This document shows positions 31,447 to 42,700 of a stretch of DNA of 64,000 bases, piece by piece. Within the stretch, counting starts at the first letter, position 1, and every line of letters begins with the position of its first letter. The translations under genes and the position numbers were made by a program. Origin of the DNA: an uncultured cyanobacterium (GTDB lineage: Bacteria > Cyanobacteriota > Cyanobacteriia > Cyanobacteriales > CAWCAG01); contig CAWCAG010000009.1 of NCBI GenBank assembly GCA_963793425.1, positions 224,001 through 288,000 on the forward strand. The letters run 5' to 3'. The notes under the pieces are model-generated. The model worked only from the letters and a program-made list of their open reading frames with translations, had not been told where the DNA came from and made no database searches.

Positions 31447-32952
31447 CTATTGGTCATGATTGAGGGGCAATAACACCCGAAAAACTGTCCCCTTGTCTAA
31501 TTCACTCTCTACTTTAATTTCTCCTCCTTGTAACTCTAAGGCATTCTGCACAATAGCTAGTCCTAAGCCAGTGCCTTGAATATTCCCCACATTACTGCCA
31601 CGATAGAAAGAATCGAAGAGGTTATTTAGTTCTTTTTGAGGAATGCCTATACCCCGATCTTTAATTGTAAAAATTGCTTGTTCCTTTTGTACAGAAAGAC
31701 GTAAATCAATGGTTTCTCCTTCCGGGGAGTATTTGAGAGCATTAGAAAGTAAGTTGGTCAGAATTTGCCCCAATAAATTCTCATCTACAACTGCCCGGAT
31801 CTGTTCTTGAGGAGAAGTAAAATGAATAGTTTGATTATTAGTAATACGAACCTTAAGCTGTTCTAGAGTCTCTCGGCAAAAAGCAACTAAATCCAAAGGA
31901 ACAGGATTAAACTCTAACTTACCTGCTTCAGCTTGACCTACTAACAACATATCATTAAGTAAGGTAATCATTTGGGAAATAGAGGCTTGGATACGTTGGA
32001 AATTTTTGCGTTTTTTAGGCTCTAAATGATCCCCTTCGTATAACTCCAATAATTCAGTGCAGGAACGGATAATAGTTAAGGGAGTACGAAATTCATGGGA
32101 AACTGTGGAAATGACTTTCGATTTCAATTCATTAACTTCTTCAGACTTTGCCAATGCTTCCTTAACTTTAGCTTCAGCTTTTTTCTGACCATCTATATTT
32201 CTGCCTTCTGCAATTAACAAAATCACTTTTCCTGTTTTATCCTTGAGGGGTTTAAGGGAAAAATCAATCCATTCAATTCCCCCTCTGGCCCTTTGCAATT
32301 CAATTTCTTGGTGAACTAAATTTCCTTCCCCAGCTTTAGTAACCGCAGTTTGTAACCAATTTTGCAGTTTGGGGGAATAGTTCCAAGCGCTACCTTCCCA
32401 AAAATAGTTATTAATAACTTCTTCTTTGGTAGAATCGCAAAATTGCAACGATGCCCGGTTTATTTCTAAAACCTGGCCTTCAGGGGTTAATAATGCCATT
32501 AGTTGCAGGGTATTTTCAAAAATAATATAGCGAAAACGTTCCTCGCTTTCTTCTAGTTTCTGAAGATGTTTGCTCCTTTCTAGGTTATAGGAAATAGTTT
32601 TTACTAATAGGGGAGTGGTGATGTCACTTTTAACTAAATAATCTTGCGCCCCTTGGTTTAAGGCGGCTAAGGCTAGCTTGCCCTCCGCCTCAGCTAGTAC
32701 CACAATGGGGATATTCGGTACAGCTAAATGCAATTTTGTAATAGTCTCTAGATTTTGGGAATCTGGGATGTTGAGGTCGAGAAATATTAAATCTATTGCC
32801 CCTTGCTCACAAATTGCGATCGCCTCACTTAATTTCCGAACCTGTTGCAATTGCCATTCTTGTTTGCCTGAACTAACTAATACTTTACGTAGCAAACTGG
32901 CATCAGTTGGACTATCCTCAATTAAGAGGAGGTGAATTGGTATTTGGTTCAT
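31447..32952 (-). CDS. Hybrid REC-PAS histidine kinase
   Basis: N-terminal receiver (IEDS, FLDLNIP), PAS, SHEFRTPL, NALKY, GTGLGL. Confidence 0.92.
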   Translation of the reverse strand: MNQIPIHLLLIEDSPTDASLLRKVLVSSGKQEWQLQQVRKLSEAIAICEQGAIDLIFLDLNIPDSQNLETITKLHLAVPNIPIVVLAEAEGKLALAALNQGAQDYLVKSDITTPLLVKTISYNLERSKHLQKLEESEERFRYIIFENTLQLMALLTPEGQVLEINRASLQFCDSTKEEVINNYFWEGSAWNYSPKLQNWLQTAVTKAGEGNLVHQEIELQRARGGIEWIDFSLKPLKDKTGKVILLIAEGRNIDGQKKAEAKVKEALAKSEEVNELKSKVISTVSHEFRTPLTIIRSCTELLELYEGDHLEPKKRKNFQRIQASISQMITLLNDMLLVGQAEAGKLEFNPVPLDLVAFCRETLEQLKVRITNNQTIHFTSPQEQIRAVVDENLLGQILTNLLSNALKYSPEGETIDLRLSVQKEQAIFTIKDRGIGIPQKELNNLFDSFYRGSNVGNIQGTGLGLAIVQNALELQGGEIKVESELDKGTVFRVLLPLNHDQ

Positions 32953-33337
32953 AGGACTTTCTGATGCAAGTAGTAACCTAATTGCTTCCTAGTAAGGATT
33001 TTTAGTTTTGCATAACAAGCCTGATCTTCAGTTGGTACAATCTTGGTTCATAGCAGCCGTAGGCTACTATCTATTCAAAGTTTTCTTTGAGAGTGAGAAA
33101 AAAACTTAGAAGCCATTACGTATTGTAGAGCAAAACTTTATTTCAGGGAGTTGCTGAAACTAACTACAAAATCATCTCTGATTCAGAATCATCAATCAGA
33201 GTAGGACTATACTCACCCCCGGAAATGCTACCCCATCATGAATAATTGCTAATGTCAAAATATTGAAAACCTTTTTACCAAATTGCCACTCTGTGCGGTC
33301 ACAATTTTTATCCTTACTGTTCAGTATTCAAGCTTTG

Positions 33338-33678
33338 TTAAGCAACTCCATAGCCTGTATAAGGACGTTTGTAGGGGGGATGTAACCCTAGCACGATGTC
33401 TTCTTTAGCAACCCCCATTGCCATTAATTCTTGCCCAAATCAGCCTCAGTCATGTTGCGCTGAATCCAAACTTTTCCATCCTTAATGTCAATGTGAATAA
33501 AGCAATTATAGATACGTTTAAACTCTTCCCAACCAATATCTAATAGTTGATAGTGGTCGTGTTCACTGTCAAAGATGAGTTGAGATTCAATTTCATTATT
33601 AGGGTTACTCTTTTCCAAGGCTAATTTGTTGCTGAGTAACTGACGAATATAGGAGCGATATTGCTCTAGTCTTTCCAT
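33338..33678 (-). pseudogene. xisI: XisI family protein with a one-base frameshift near 33433
   Basis: HDHYQLLDIGW, HIDIKDGKVWIQ; continues DLGQELMAMGVAKEDIVLGLHPPYKRPYTGYGVA* to 33338 if one G is restored. Confidence 0.85.
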
Positions 33679-33914
33679 AGGATAATAGACTCCTGGAGTG
33701 GTTTGTAAACAATAAGCTTTACTTGGTAGGATTCAACGGCTGCTTGTATAAATGGCTCTTGAAAGAAAACCTCAAATGTATCAGCAGGGACTGCTAAATA
33801 TAGCGTGTGATCTGGTTTTTGCATTTGCAAGGCTAAACGATAGTTTAAGAAGACCCATTGATCTTTAATGAGTGCTTGCTTAACTGCATTGTGAAAGAGG
33901 TCTTTGGCTGCCAT
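33666..33914 (-). pseudogene. xisH: XisH family protein with an in-frame internal deletion (~55 aa, including the nuclease core)
   Basis: MAAKDLFHNAVKQALIKDQWV joined directly to FLNYR...; compare the intact copy at 45394. Confidence 0.85.
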
Positions 33915-34074
33915 TATTTTTGCTGTTGAACTCTCACAAATAAAAATTTTTCTGAATGGAAGCGATCGCGCTCTTGATTAAAATTTTACTTGCAATAAGC
34001 ATTAAGCTATTTAGTCTTGAGCTTTTTTGTTGAGGCTACGTTTTCTATTGGGTTGTAGCTTGATTTCAGACTGA

Positions 34075-35316
34075 TTACTCATTTTTAAAAGCCGTCATAA
34101 TATTAATAGGATTAAGAGGGCTAAAACGAGTTAATTGAGCGATGGGAAGAGAGCGGGATATTTGTATATTGAGGAGATGGTAAGACCAATTGTTACTTTT
34201 AAACCAATTTAAAGCAATATTGAGATGTTCTAAAGTAGCTAAAGCTAAAACAACAATTCCTTGGGATTTTAACTTGGAATCGCAAACTTCAAGTATTTCT
34301 TTTAAATTACCACCGCTACCACCAACAAAAACTCTATCTGGATTTGGTAAATTATTGAAAGAATCAGGGGCTTTACCCCCCATAGCAATTATATTACTTA
34401 CTTGTAAGCGCTGGCAATTTTGCTTAATTAAATTAAGACCTAAAGCGGTTTTTTCCAGGGCAAATATTTGAGAATCAGGGCAAAGACGAGCAATTTCTAT
34501 AGCCACAGAACCAGTACCTGCGCCAACATCCCAAACAACTTGCTGGGGTTGTAAAGCTAACTCTCCTAAAACCATTAAACGGACTTCTCGCTTTGTCATT
34601 AATCCGGGGCGATCTCTAAAGCTCAAAAAGGCGCTATCTGGCAAACCAAATAGAGGTAAGTTTTCTAATTTCGGAGAGTTATTGTTGCGTAATAAAATAA
34701 CTACATTCAAAGGAGCAAAACTCTCTTTCTTGAGACTTTGAGGGACGAAGCAAGTAACTTTTTCTTCTTCGCCCCCTAAATTTTCACAAACCCAAAAATC
34801 GTAACTTACAGGAAGATTTAACTCTAAATAAAGACGAGCGATCGCAGCCGGATTATGCTCAGAATCTGTCAGGATAGCAATTTTCTCTGCCCCCTCTTTT
34901 AACAAGTTAATTAACTCTTCTAAAGAACGACCATGAACACTAACAATTTTGGCATCTTGCCACGGAAGTTTGAGGCGATTAAAAGCTAATTGAATAGAAC
35001 TAAAATGGGGATAAAAACAGATACTTTCCGAAGGAAATTCTGCTAATAACAATCTTCCTAAACCGAAAAATAAAGGATCTCCTGATACTAATACCACAAC
35101 TCTTTCCTTGGCTTCCCAAAAAGAGTGAAGTTGAGCTATAGCAGCAGAAAAATCCTTTAGTACCAAAAGTTTTCCTTCATAATTAGGAAAATAGCTTAAA
35201 TGGCGATCGCTCCCTACCAAAACTGTTGCTTGATTAACAATTTCTAAAACTGCTACTGTCAAACCCGCAGCACCCTCTAAACCAATACCGACAACTTGAA
35301 TAGAGTTGTTTGTCAT
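34075..35316 (-). CDS. cbiET: Bifunctional cobalt-precorrin-7 methyltransferase/decarboxylase CbiET (CobL)
   Basis: VVGIG, SGDPLFFG, SVHGR, MTKREVR, WDVGAGTGSV. Confidence 0.92.
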   Translation of the reverse strand: MTNNSIQVVGIGLEGAAGLTVAVLEIVNQATVLVGSDRHLSYFPNYEGKLLVLKDFSAAIAQLHSFWEAKERVVVLVSGDPLFFGLGRLLLAEFPSESICFYPHFSSIQLAFNRLKLPWQDAKIVSVHGRSLEELINLLKEGAEKIAILTDSEHNPAAIARLYLELNLPVSYDFWVCENLGGEEEKVTCFVPQSLKKESFAPLNVVILLRNNNSPKLENLPLFGLPDSAFLSFRDRPGLMTKREVRLMVLGELALQPQQVVWDVGAGTGSVAIEIARLCPDSQIFALEKTALGLNLIKQNCQRLQVSNIIAMGGKAPDSFNNLPNPDRVFVGGSGGNLKEILEVCDSKLKSQGIVVLALATLEHLNIALNWFKSNNWSYHLLNIQISRSLPIAQLTRFSPLNPINIMTAFKNE

Positions 35317-35440
35317 ACAGTTGCTAATTGCTAGTTGCTAATTGCTAGTTGCTAGTTGAAAAAGAAAAGGTGACCCAATTTAACCCTAATTTATCAATAA
35401 TGTCTGGGAAACCTTCATCCCTACGAATATCTGAGTAACC

Positions 35441-37231
35441 TTACTTCTTCTTCCCTTTCTGTTTCTCCTTATTCTCCTCTTTGATTTGGTTTTTGAGGTC
35501 TTTGATTTCCTTAATTCTTTTGGCCTTTTGAATTTTTTTCCCTATTCCGGCATTACGCATATCGAAGTGCATAAAGTCTCCATATTTTCCTCCCCAATCC
35601 AGTCCCACTGCACCCATCGCCGAAACCAATCTTCTGTCTAAATCCATCAGACCATGTTTCTGGACACTTTCTTGCTTGTTTTTCCTGCTCCACCATGCAG
35701 ACATAACTTCAAGATCCGACTTGATTTTTTCCTTAGCCTCTATTATGTCTAGTCCGCGCCATTCAGAAGCTTTGGTTTGTTGCAGAAAACTTTTCAATTC
35801 TTGGTCTTTTTCTGGGGAATTTTCGAGAAAAGAGAAATACTGCTCAATAGCTTCATCCAAAACCTGATTATGGTCATATACTTCCATGACATCATAGTTA
35901 AACTTGTCAGGATTAGTATGTTCAAATCTTAATGTCTGATTCAAAAGTAACCCTATCCTCCCTAAGAAATCCTGAAGGACTTGGGTTTTCCTTTTATTCC
36001 CTTTCTTATCAACTCCCTCTTTCCCCGAACTATCAGAAACCCAAGGATTCTCTGTATAGTTAATATCAATTGCCAGACCAAAAACGTGCATAGATTGAGA
36101 AGTACTGTTCTCTGATTCTTTCCGAATCGAACTATGACGTTTAATTCCCAAAAATTTACCTACGTTGTTGGCACTATGAGCAGCTTTCAAACCCTTCTGT
36201 TCCAGGAATTGTAAATAAGCCGGATCGGCGCTAATTTCATTAACAGCTAGACTTTCAGCATTCTTAAGTAGCTTCGCAAACTCCACATAAACTGAACCTA
36301 CAGACTTACCAAAAAGCTGAAGTGTAGTAAAGTTATCCCACCATTTTGCAGGAGGATCGAAACCGGCTTCGCTCAACATAGCGTCAGCTAATCTTGTTCC
36401 TGTTCTACTCTCCTGATTTTTTTTATTATGCTCTGCGGTGTGGGTTTCAAAGTCATAATCTTTTAATTCTATCTCGGAGTTATTCTCTGAATTTTGCTGT
36501 TCACTACTTTGAGTATTATCATCCTCGTTAAGGGGTGTCTGTTTCTTACTCCCCAAAACAGCCAAATTAGACTTCTTCGTCCAACCCCAAGTCCTGGGCG
36601 GCCCAACAAAATCTTCAGGGAGTGCTTCCACTAATAGAGAGTATTGGTCTTGACCCTTGCTAACGGTCTTAATTATCTCTACCTGAGAATCTTTAGGAAT
36701 GAGCTGCTTAGGATTCAAGGTGTTTAAGTTAGGTGGTTTGCTACGTAGATAAGCTTGGGAATCTGTGACGACATAAACTTCTTGTCTAATCCCCCCTAAT
36801 TCCTGAATATCTTCTTCATTAGAGTAGGAGGTATTCTCTGAGGTATGATTATCTTTCTGGGATTCTCCCTTACTTTGCTCAGAAGTATTTTCCTCTGGGT
36901 TAAAAAGGTTGAATACTTCATCCCAAAAGCATTGAATATGGGAACCACCACCTTTTTTGGGCAAAACCTGGTTTCCTATTTCATCAGTGCTTAACTTCCT
37001 TTGTATTGGTTGTGATGGTGTTTGAGGAGAGGAAAACTTACTAAGGGAACAAGTATCACCCATTGCTTGAAATTTATTGTACGTCTCCCACCTCTGTTCT
37101 AAAGATTGTCCCCCTTGTTGTTGCTGGGCCGGAGGTATAGTACGTATAGTACGCGGCTGTAAGAAACCACTATTTTGTGATGGCTGGGCCGGTTGAAAAC
37201 TAGACTTTTTTTTCTGTTGGTAACTTCCCAT
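35441..37231 (-). CDS. SH3b-like + M15-family Zn peptidase protein without a signal peptide
   Basis: SMHVFGLAID (SxHxxGxAxD) and WGGKYGDFMHFD; likely start ATG 37231, since the longer ORF overlaps the upstream gene. Confidence 0.7.
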   Translation of the reverse strand: MGSYQQKKKSSFQPAQPSQNSGFLQPRTIRTIPPAQQQQGGQSLEQRWETYNKFQAMGDTCSLSKFSSPQTPSQPIQRKLSTDEIGNQVLPKKGGGSHIQCFWDEVFNLFNPEENTSEQSKGESQKDNHTSENTSYSNEEDIQELGGIRQEVYVVTDSQAYLRSKPPNLNTLNPKQLIPKDSQVEIIKTVSKGQDQYSLLVEALPEDFVGPPRTWGWTKKSNLAVLGSKKQTPLNEDDNTQSSEQQNSENNSEIELKDYDFETHTAEHNKKNQESRTGTRLADAMLSEAGFDPPAKWWDNFTTLQLFGKSVGSVYVEFAKLLKNAESLAVNEISADPAYLQFLEQKGLKAAHSANNVGKFLGIKRHSSIRKESENSTSQSMHVFGLAIDINYTENPWVSDSSGKEGVDKKGNKRKTQVLQDFLGRIGLLLNQTLRFEHTNPDKFNYDVMEVYDHNQVLDEAIEQYFSFLENSPEKDQELKSFLQQTKASEWRGLDIIEAKEKIKSDLEVMSAWWSRKNKQESVQKHGLMDLDRRLVSAMGAVGLDWGGKYGDFMHFDMRNAGIGKKIQKAKRIKEIKDLKNQIKEENKEKQKGKKK

Positions 37232-37319
37232 GGTTAAACCTCTAATGAATTTGGGAAATGTTGAGTAAATGTTGACCTGGATTATGAGTTTGAGAGATAA
37301 TTCAGTACAAAGAAGTTTC

Positions 37320-38186
37320 TTAAACTGACTTCTTTTTGCTACGAACACGCCAGAAGAAAATAGCTGCTCCTAAGACTAGCAAATAAGGACTGTGAACCGC
37401 CAACCAAATGCCCAAACGCAGTAAACCCATCGTTAAGCCTTGGAAAGATTGGGTGGCATTACTCCATGCCTTCTGCATTTGAGAACCCACAGGGGGTTGA
37501 GAGTCGCTGGCCACAGAAGCGGTTAAATTGAGGGTAATGGTAGAATAGGCAACTCGGTTGGTTAAATTTTTCAGTTGAGCATCAATTTGCTCAATAGAGC
37601 TACGAATATTACTCAACTCCTTAGCAACTTGTAGAGTATCTCCCATTGAACCAGAACAATCCATAATTTTCAGCAAGGAGTTTTCTGTTTGCCGCAAATT
37701 ACGCAATCTTGCCTTCACATCCACCAACTGATTGCTAACATCCTCAGCATTAATAGACTCACTCTCCAAAGTCCCTAATTCTCTCAAAGCATCGAGAGTC
37801 GGTTCCAAGTTGGCTTGAGGAACACGAATTTTCATCAATGCTTGGTGGCGACTACCAAAACTTTGGGGCTGACTATTTTCCAACCCTAAAACGTCTCCCT
37901 TTAGCCGCTTAGTGATATCAGAAGCACTGTCTAACGCTTCTTCAATGGATTTAACTTCCAAAGCCATCTCTGCGGTTTTCGCTAGCTGAGGCGCAGTTTG
38001 GGGGGCTTCCTTTGGTTGATTAGTATTGCCTTCTTGAGCCTCATCAGCCACCGTTGATTCTGTAACGCCAGTAGCTGCGTCTCCTTCCACTTGCTCTGCC
38101 ATCTCTCCAGCAGAGCCACAACTCACCAGCAACATACTAGCAAGCAAGGCACTGAACAAAAATTTGGGTGAAGTGGCGGGTTTCAT
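37320..38186 (-). CDS. DUF4349-family lipoprotein
   Basis: LVSC lipobox, IRVP, EDVSNQLVD..ARLRNL, coiled coil, C-terminal TM. Confidence 0.85.
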   Translation of the reverse strand: MKPATSPKFLFSALLASMLLVSCGSAGEMAEQVEGDAATGVTESTVADEAQEGNTNQPKEAPQTAPQLAKTAEMALEVKSIEEALDSASDITKRLKGDVLGLENSQPQSFGSRHQALMKIRVPQANLEPTLDALRELGTLESESINAEDVSNQLVDVKARLRNLRQTENSLLKIMDCSGSMGDTLQVAKELSNIRSSIEQIDAQLKNLTNRVAYSTITLNLTASVASDSQPPVGSQMQKAWSNATQSFQGLTMGLLRLGIWLAVHSPYLLVLGAAIFFWRVRSKKKSV

Positions 38187-38376
38187 TTTATCCTCCGGAG
38201 CAAGATAACCAAAAATTGCTACATCTTGAACTTAAACTATTCCAGAAAAGAAGAGCGAATTCTGGCCATCCTTTTTTCTTTTCTTAGCAAAATAAGAGTG
38301 TTCCAGATTTAAAATTGCCCTATCGAGATAACCTTTACTGATCTTCCTATGACAAAGTAGTAGAAAGAAAACGCAA

Positions 38377-39054
38377 ATGCTGCCTTTTGAACCCATGAGT
38401 CAATCTATTTCTTTATCCTGGTCACAACTAAAGGTTCAAACTCCTAACCAACCTGTCAGCCAGGAAAAGCTCTCTAACTACGATCTAATTGTTAGCTGCC
38501 AAGAAGGGGTTAAACCAGACAAAGCCGCTTTTTCAGAGCTTCTACGCAGGTATCAATCCCATGTAGAAAAGATGTTATATCATCTGGCTCCTGATTGGCA
38601 AGATAGAGCAGACTTAGCCCAAGAAGTTTGGATTAGGGTTTATCGTAATATCAAGCGTTTAAAAGAACCAGTCAAATTTAAAGGTTGGTTAAGTCGCATC
38701 GCTACTAATTTATTTTACGATGAACTGCGTAAGCGTAAAAGAGTTAGTCATCCTCTTTCTTTAGATGCCCCTCGCAAAATGGACGATGGGGATATGGATT
38801 GGGAAATAGCTTCTGATTATCCTAGCCCAGATGATAACCTCACAACTAGAGAATTTTACGACCAACTTAAAGTTGCGATCGCAGAATTACCAGAAGTTTT
38901 TAGAACAACTATTATTCTTCGTGAGATAGAAGGATTAGCTTACGAAGAAATTGCAGAAATAACCGAATCTTCCCTTGGTACTGTTAAATCAAGAATCGCT
39001 AGGGCTAGGGCGAGACTGCAATCTGAACTGCAAAACTATCTTAGAGAAGAGTAG
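38377..39054 (+). CDS. sigG: ECF sigma factor SigG
   Basis: LAPDWQDRADLAQEVWIRVY, WLSRIATNLFYDELRK, GTVKSRIARAR. Confidence 0.9.
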   Translation: MLPFEPMSQSISLSWSQLKVQTPNQPVSQEKLSNYDLIVSCQEGVKPDKAAFSELLRRYQSHVEKMLYHLAPDWQDRADLAQEVWIRVYRNIKRLKEPVKFKGWLSRIATNLFYDELRKRKRVSHPLSLDAPRKMDDGDMDWEIASDYPSPDDNLTTREFYDQLKVAIAELPEVFRTTIILREIEGLAYEEIAEITESSLGTVKSRIARARARLQSELQNYLREE

Positions 39055-39169
39055 TTTCTTGTTTTCGGCAACGATTTTCTGCTCAGAGCGTCAACATTGA
39101 TACTAGTATATGTGAAGGAGCTTTTATTAAGCTCAGGGTGATTTCTAAAAGTTCCATGGTGATACCACT

Positions 39170-39715
39170 ATGAACCGCAAATTTGATGCTCGCAAAAACA
39201 TGAAGCCGTTACAAGATCGGTCAATAAAAATGAATAGCCAAGAGCGGGATCGCTTTGAATTATTGAGTGCTTATTTTGATGGAGAAGTTACAGCCACAGA
39301 ACGCAAAAAAGTGCAAAAATGGCTTGATAGTGATCCTCAAACTAAGCAACTATACTCCCGTCTCCTCAGAATTCGTCATGGTTTGAAGAGTATGCCTCTA
39401 CCTGCTGAAGAGGTTTCAACCCAAGAGGTAACCAGGAATGTTTGGCGAAAAATTAATCAGCGCCGTCTACACAATGCTTTAATTTGGGGAAGTGGTGGAA
39501 TCGCAGCTTTGTTTGTGGGTACAATATCCGGTATAGTTCCAGGAGAATTCTTACCAGGAATACGTGTTGCTAATTCTCCGGAACCACAAAGGGATTTAGA
39601 AACTTTGGAAATTGCCGTCAATGAGCCTGCTATAGAAATTCCCAAGGCTCCTGTATCATCTTCAGAAGAGACTTTAAATTCGAGCAGGGAAGAAGATAAG
39701 GTGATAATCGAGTAA
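39170..39715 (+). CDS. Anti-sigma factor for SigG (zf-HC2-like + TM)
   Basis: FELLSAYFDGE, single TM, directly downstream of sigG. Confidence 0.85.
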   Translation: MNRKFDARKNMKPLQDRSIKMNSQERDRFELLSAYFDGEVTATERKKVQKWLDSDPQTKQLYSRLLRIRHGLKSMPLPAEEVSTQEVTRNVWRKINQRRLHNALIWGSGGIAALFVGTISGIVPGEFLPGIRVANSPEPQRDLETLEIAVNEPAIEIPKAPVSSSEETLNSSREEDKVIIE

Positions 39716-39773
39716 GTTTCAGCAAAGAAAAATCAATTTGCGTCCCTATGGTTCTTTATCTCTCTTTCTCAAG

Positions 39774-42700
39774 ATGACGCGCATTTTTGATAATATCGGA
39801 CAACATCTGCTGCCAGTTTTACGGGCTACCCTTGAGATTTCAAAAAGGGCAGATTTTTGTGTTGGTTACTTCAACTTGCGAGGCTGGGGAAAAATTGCTG
39901 CTCAAATTGAACACTTTGCCGGGAAAGAAGATTCTTGCTGTCGTCTTCTTATTGGTATGCAAAGATTGCCAGAAACTGAGGTACATCGTAGCTTAGCTTT
40001 AGGAGGAGATCATAGCGGACTTGATAACCGTAGGGTATTGCGGTGGAAAAAACAAGTTGCCCAGGATTTTTGTCAACAATTAAGTTGGGGTGTACCGACA
40101 AACAAGGATGAATTGGCTTTACGCCAACTACAAAAGCAACTTCAAGAAGGCAAAGTTAGGGTTAAGTTTTTCCTTCGTTATCCTCTTCATGCCAAGCTTT
40201 ATTTAATTCATCGTGATGATTTCAACAACCCGACAATCGGTTTTTTGGGTAGTAGCAACCTCACCTTATCAGGGCTACAAAATCAAGGGGAATTGAATGT
40301 TGATATCCTGGATCATGATGCTTGTTTAAAGCTTCAGAGATGGTTTGAGGCCAGGTGGGAAGATCGTTGGTGTGTTGATGTTTCTGAGGAAATTATTGCA
40401 GCGATTGAGGAAAGTTGGGCGCGAGAGAAGTTGATTCCGCCTTATCATATTTATCTTAAAATTGCTTATCATCTATCTTCTGAAGCCAGGGCAGGTTTAG
40501 CGGAATATCGTATTCCTCGTAGTGTTAGCGGGGAGTTATTCGAGTTTCAAAAAGCAGCCGTAAAAATTGCTGCCCGCCATCTCAATCAACGGGGTGGGGT
40601 TTTGGTTGGGGATGTAGTGGGCTTGGGTAAAACTCGCATTGCAGCAACTTTGGCGAAAATCTTAGAAGAAGACTTTTTTTTAGAGACGCTGATTATTTGC
40701 CCTAAGAATTTAGTACCGATGTGGCAAGAGTATGTTTATAATTATCAGCTTCGTGGCAAAGTACTATCTTTGAGTAGGGTGCAAACAGAACTCCCTCAAG
40801 AAAGGCGTTATCGAGTTGTTTTAATTGATGAGAGTCATAATTTGCGGAATCGCCAGGGGAAACGTTATCGGGCGATCGCAGAATATATTGCCCTCAATGA
40901 AAGCCGTTGCATTTTACTTACGGCAACTCCTTATAATAAGACTTATTTGGATTTATCTAGTCAACTACGCCTCTTTATTAATGAAGATCAAGACTTGGGA
41001 ACTCGCCCAGAAAAACTATTGAAGGAACTGGGGGGAGAAATGGAATTTAGTCGCAAACATCAAGCCCCCGTGCGTTCCCTGGCTGCTTTTGAGAAGAGTG
41101 AATATGCCGATGATTGGCGAGAGTTGATGCGGCATTATATGGTGCGACGGACTCGCAGTTTTATTGAAAATAACTATGCTAAAGAAGATGCTACGGGGCG
41201 CAAGTATTTAGAATATCCTGATGGTTCTAAATCTTATTTTCCCCTACGCAAACCCCAAACTTTGACTTTCGACTCAACAGAGAATGGCCGGTTGTATTCT
41301 GAGGAGATGGTTAATACCCTGGGTGATTTGAATTTACCCCGCTACGGTTTGGGCAACTATGCAATTTCTCCTAAATCAGCTAAAGGTAAGGGCATGACGG
41401 GGGAGGAGTCGGCACAAATTAAAGATTTATCCCGTGGTGGTAAACGTTTGATGGGTTTTTGTCGTACCAATCTTTTTAAACGTTTAGAAAGTAGTGGGAT
41501 TGCTTTCTTGCAGTCTCTTGATCGTCATCTTCTCCGTAACTATATTTTCTTGTATGGAATCGCCCATCAGCTTCGGTTACCCATTGGTTCCCAAGATGCT
41601 AGTCTTCTTGATCCTCAGCAAAGTGATGATGATACTCTCTTTTCTCAAGGGGAGGAGGAGGAGATTGCTGAGGTTAGTACCGCCTTTGTTAGTGAAACAG
41701 AAAAGGAATATTGGCAGCGTGCAGCACAGGTTTATCAAGAATATGCTACCCGTTATCAGAAGCGTTTTAAATGGATTCGCCCCCAGTTATTCAAAGCTTC
41801 TTTAAAAAAAGATTTACAGGCTGACTGTTCAACTTTGCTTAAGTTGTTGCAAAGTTGTGGTAGCTGGCAAGCTAATCAAGATCAGAAACTGCAAGTTTTG
41901 ATTGACTTAGTTTGTACCACCCATCCCCAAGAAAAAGTGCTGATTTTTAGTCAGTTTGCTGACACGGTAAATTATCTTACTACGGAAATGCAAAAACGCG
42001 GTGTTAAAAGGGTTGCTGGGGTGACAGGAAGCTCAAAAAATCCAGCAGCGATCGCCTGGGATTTTAGTCCCCAAAGCAACGGCAAACCTCTACCGGAAGC
42101 AAAACAGTTACGCATCTTAATCGCTACAGATGTCCTTAGTGAGGGGTTGAATCTTCAAGATTGTGCCATCATTGTCAATTATGATTTGCCTTGGGCGATA
42201 ATCCGCTTGATTCAAAGGGCGGGAAGGGTTGATCGTTTTGGGCAAGCAGCAGCAAAAATTCTCTGTTACTCTTTCTTACCAGCAGAAGGGGTAGAAGAAG
42301 TGATTCGTTTGCGGAGTCGTTTGCGGCAACGCTTAAAGGAGAATGCTGAGGTGGTTGGTACTGATGAAGCTTTTTTTGAAGATGATCTAGATGAACAAGT
42401 TATGTTGGATCTTTATCATGAAAAGTCGGGGATTCTCGATGGTGAGGAGGATACGGAGGTGGATTTAACCTCAGAAGCTTACCAAATTTGGAAGAATGCC
42501 GTTGATGCTGATCCCCCCTTAAAAAAGATAATTGAAAATCTTAACAATGTTGTTTATGCCACCCGTCACCACAACTCTACCCCAACTCACCCCGAAGGGG
42601 TTTTACTCTATATGAAAACGGCTGAAGGAAATGATGCTTTGGCTTGGGTTAACAAAGAAGGGCAAAGTGTTACAGAATCTCAGTTTGCTATCCTCCGGGC

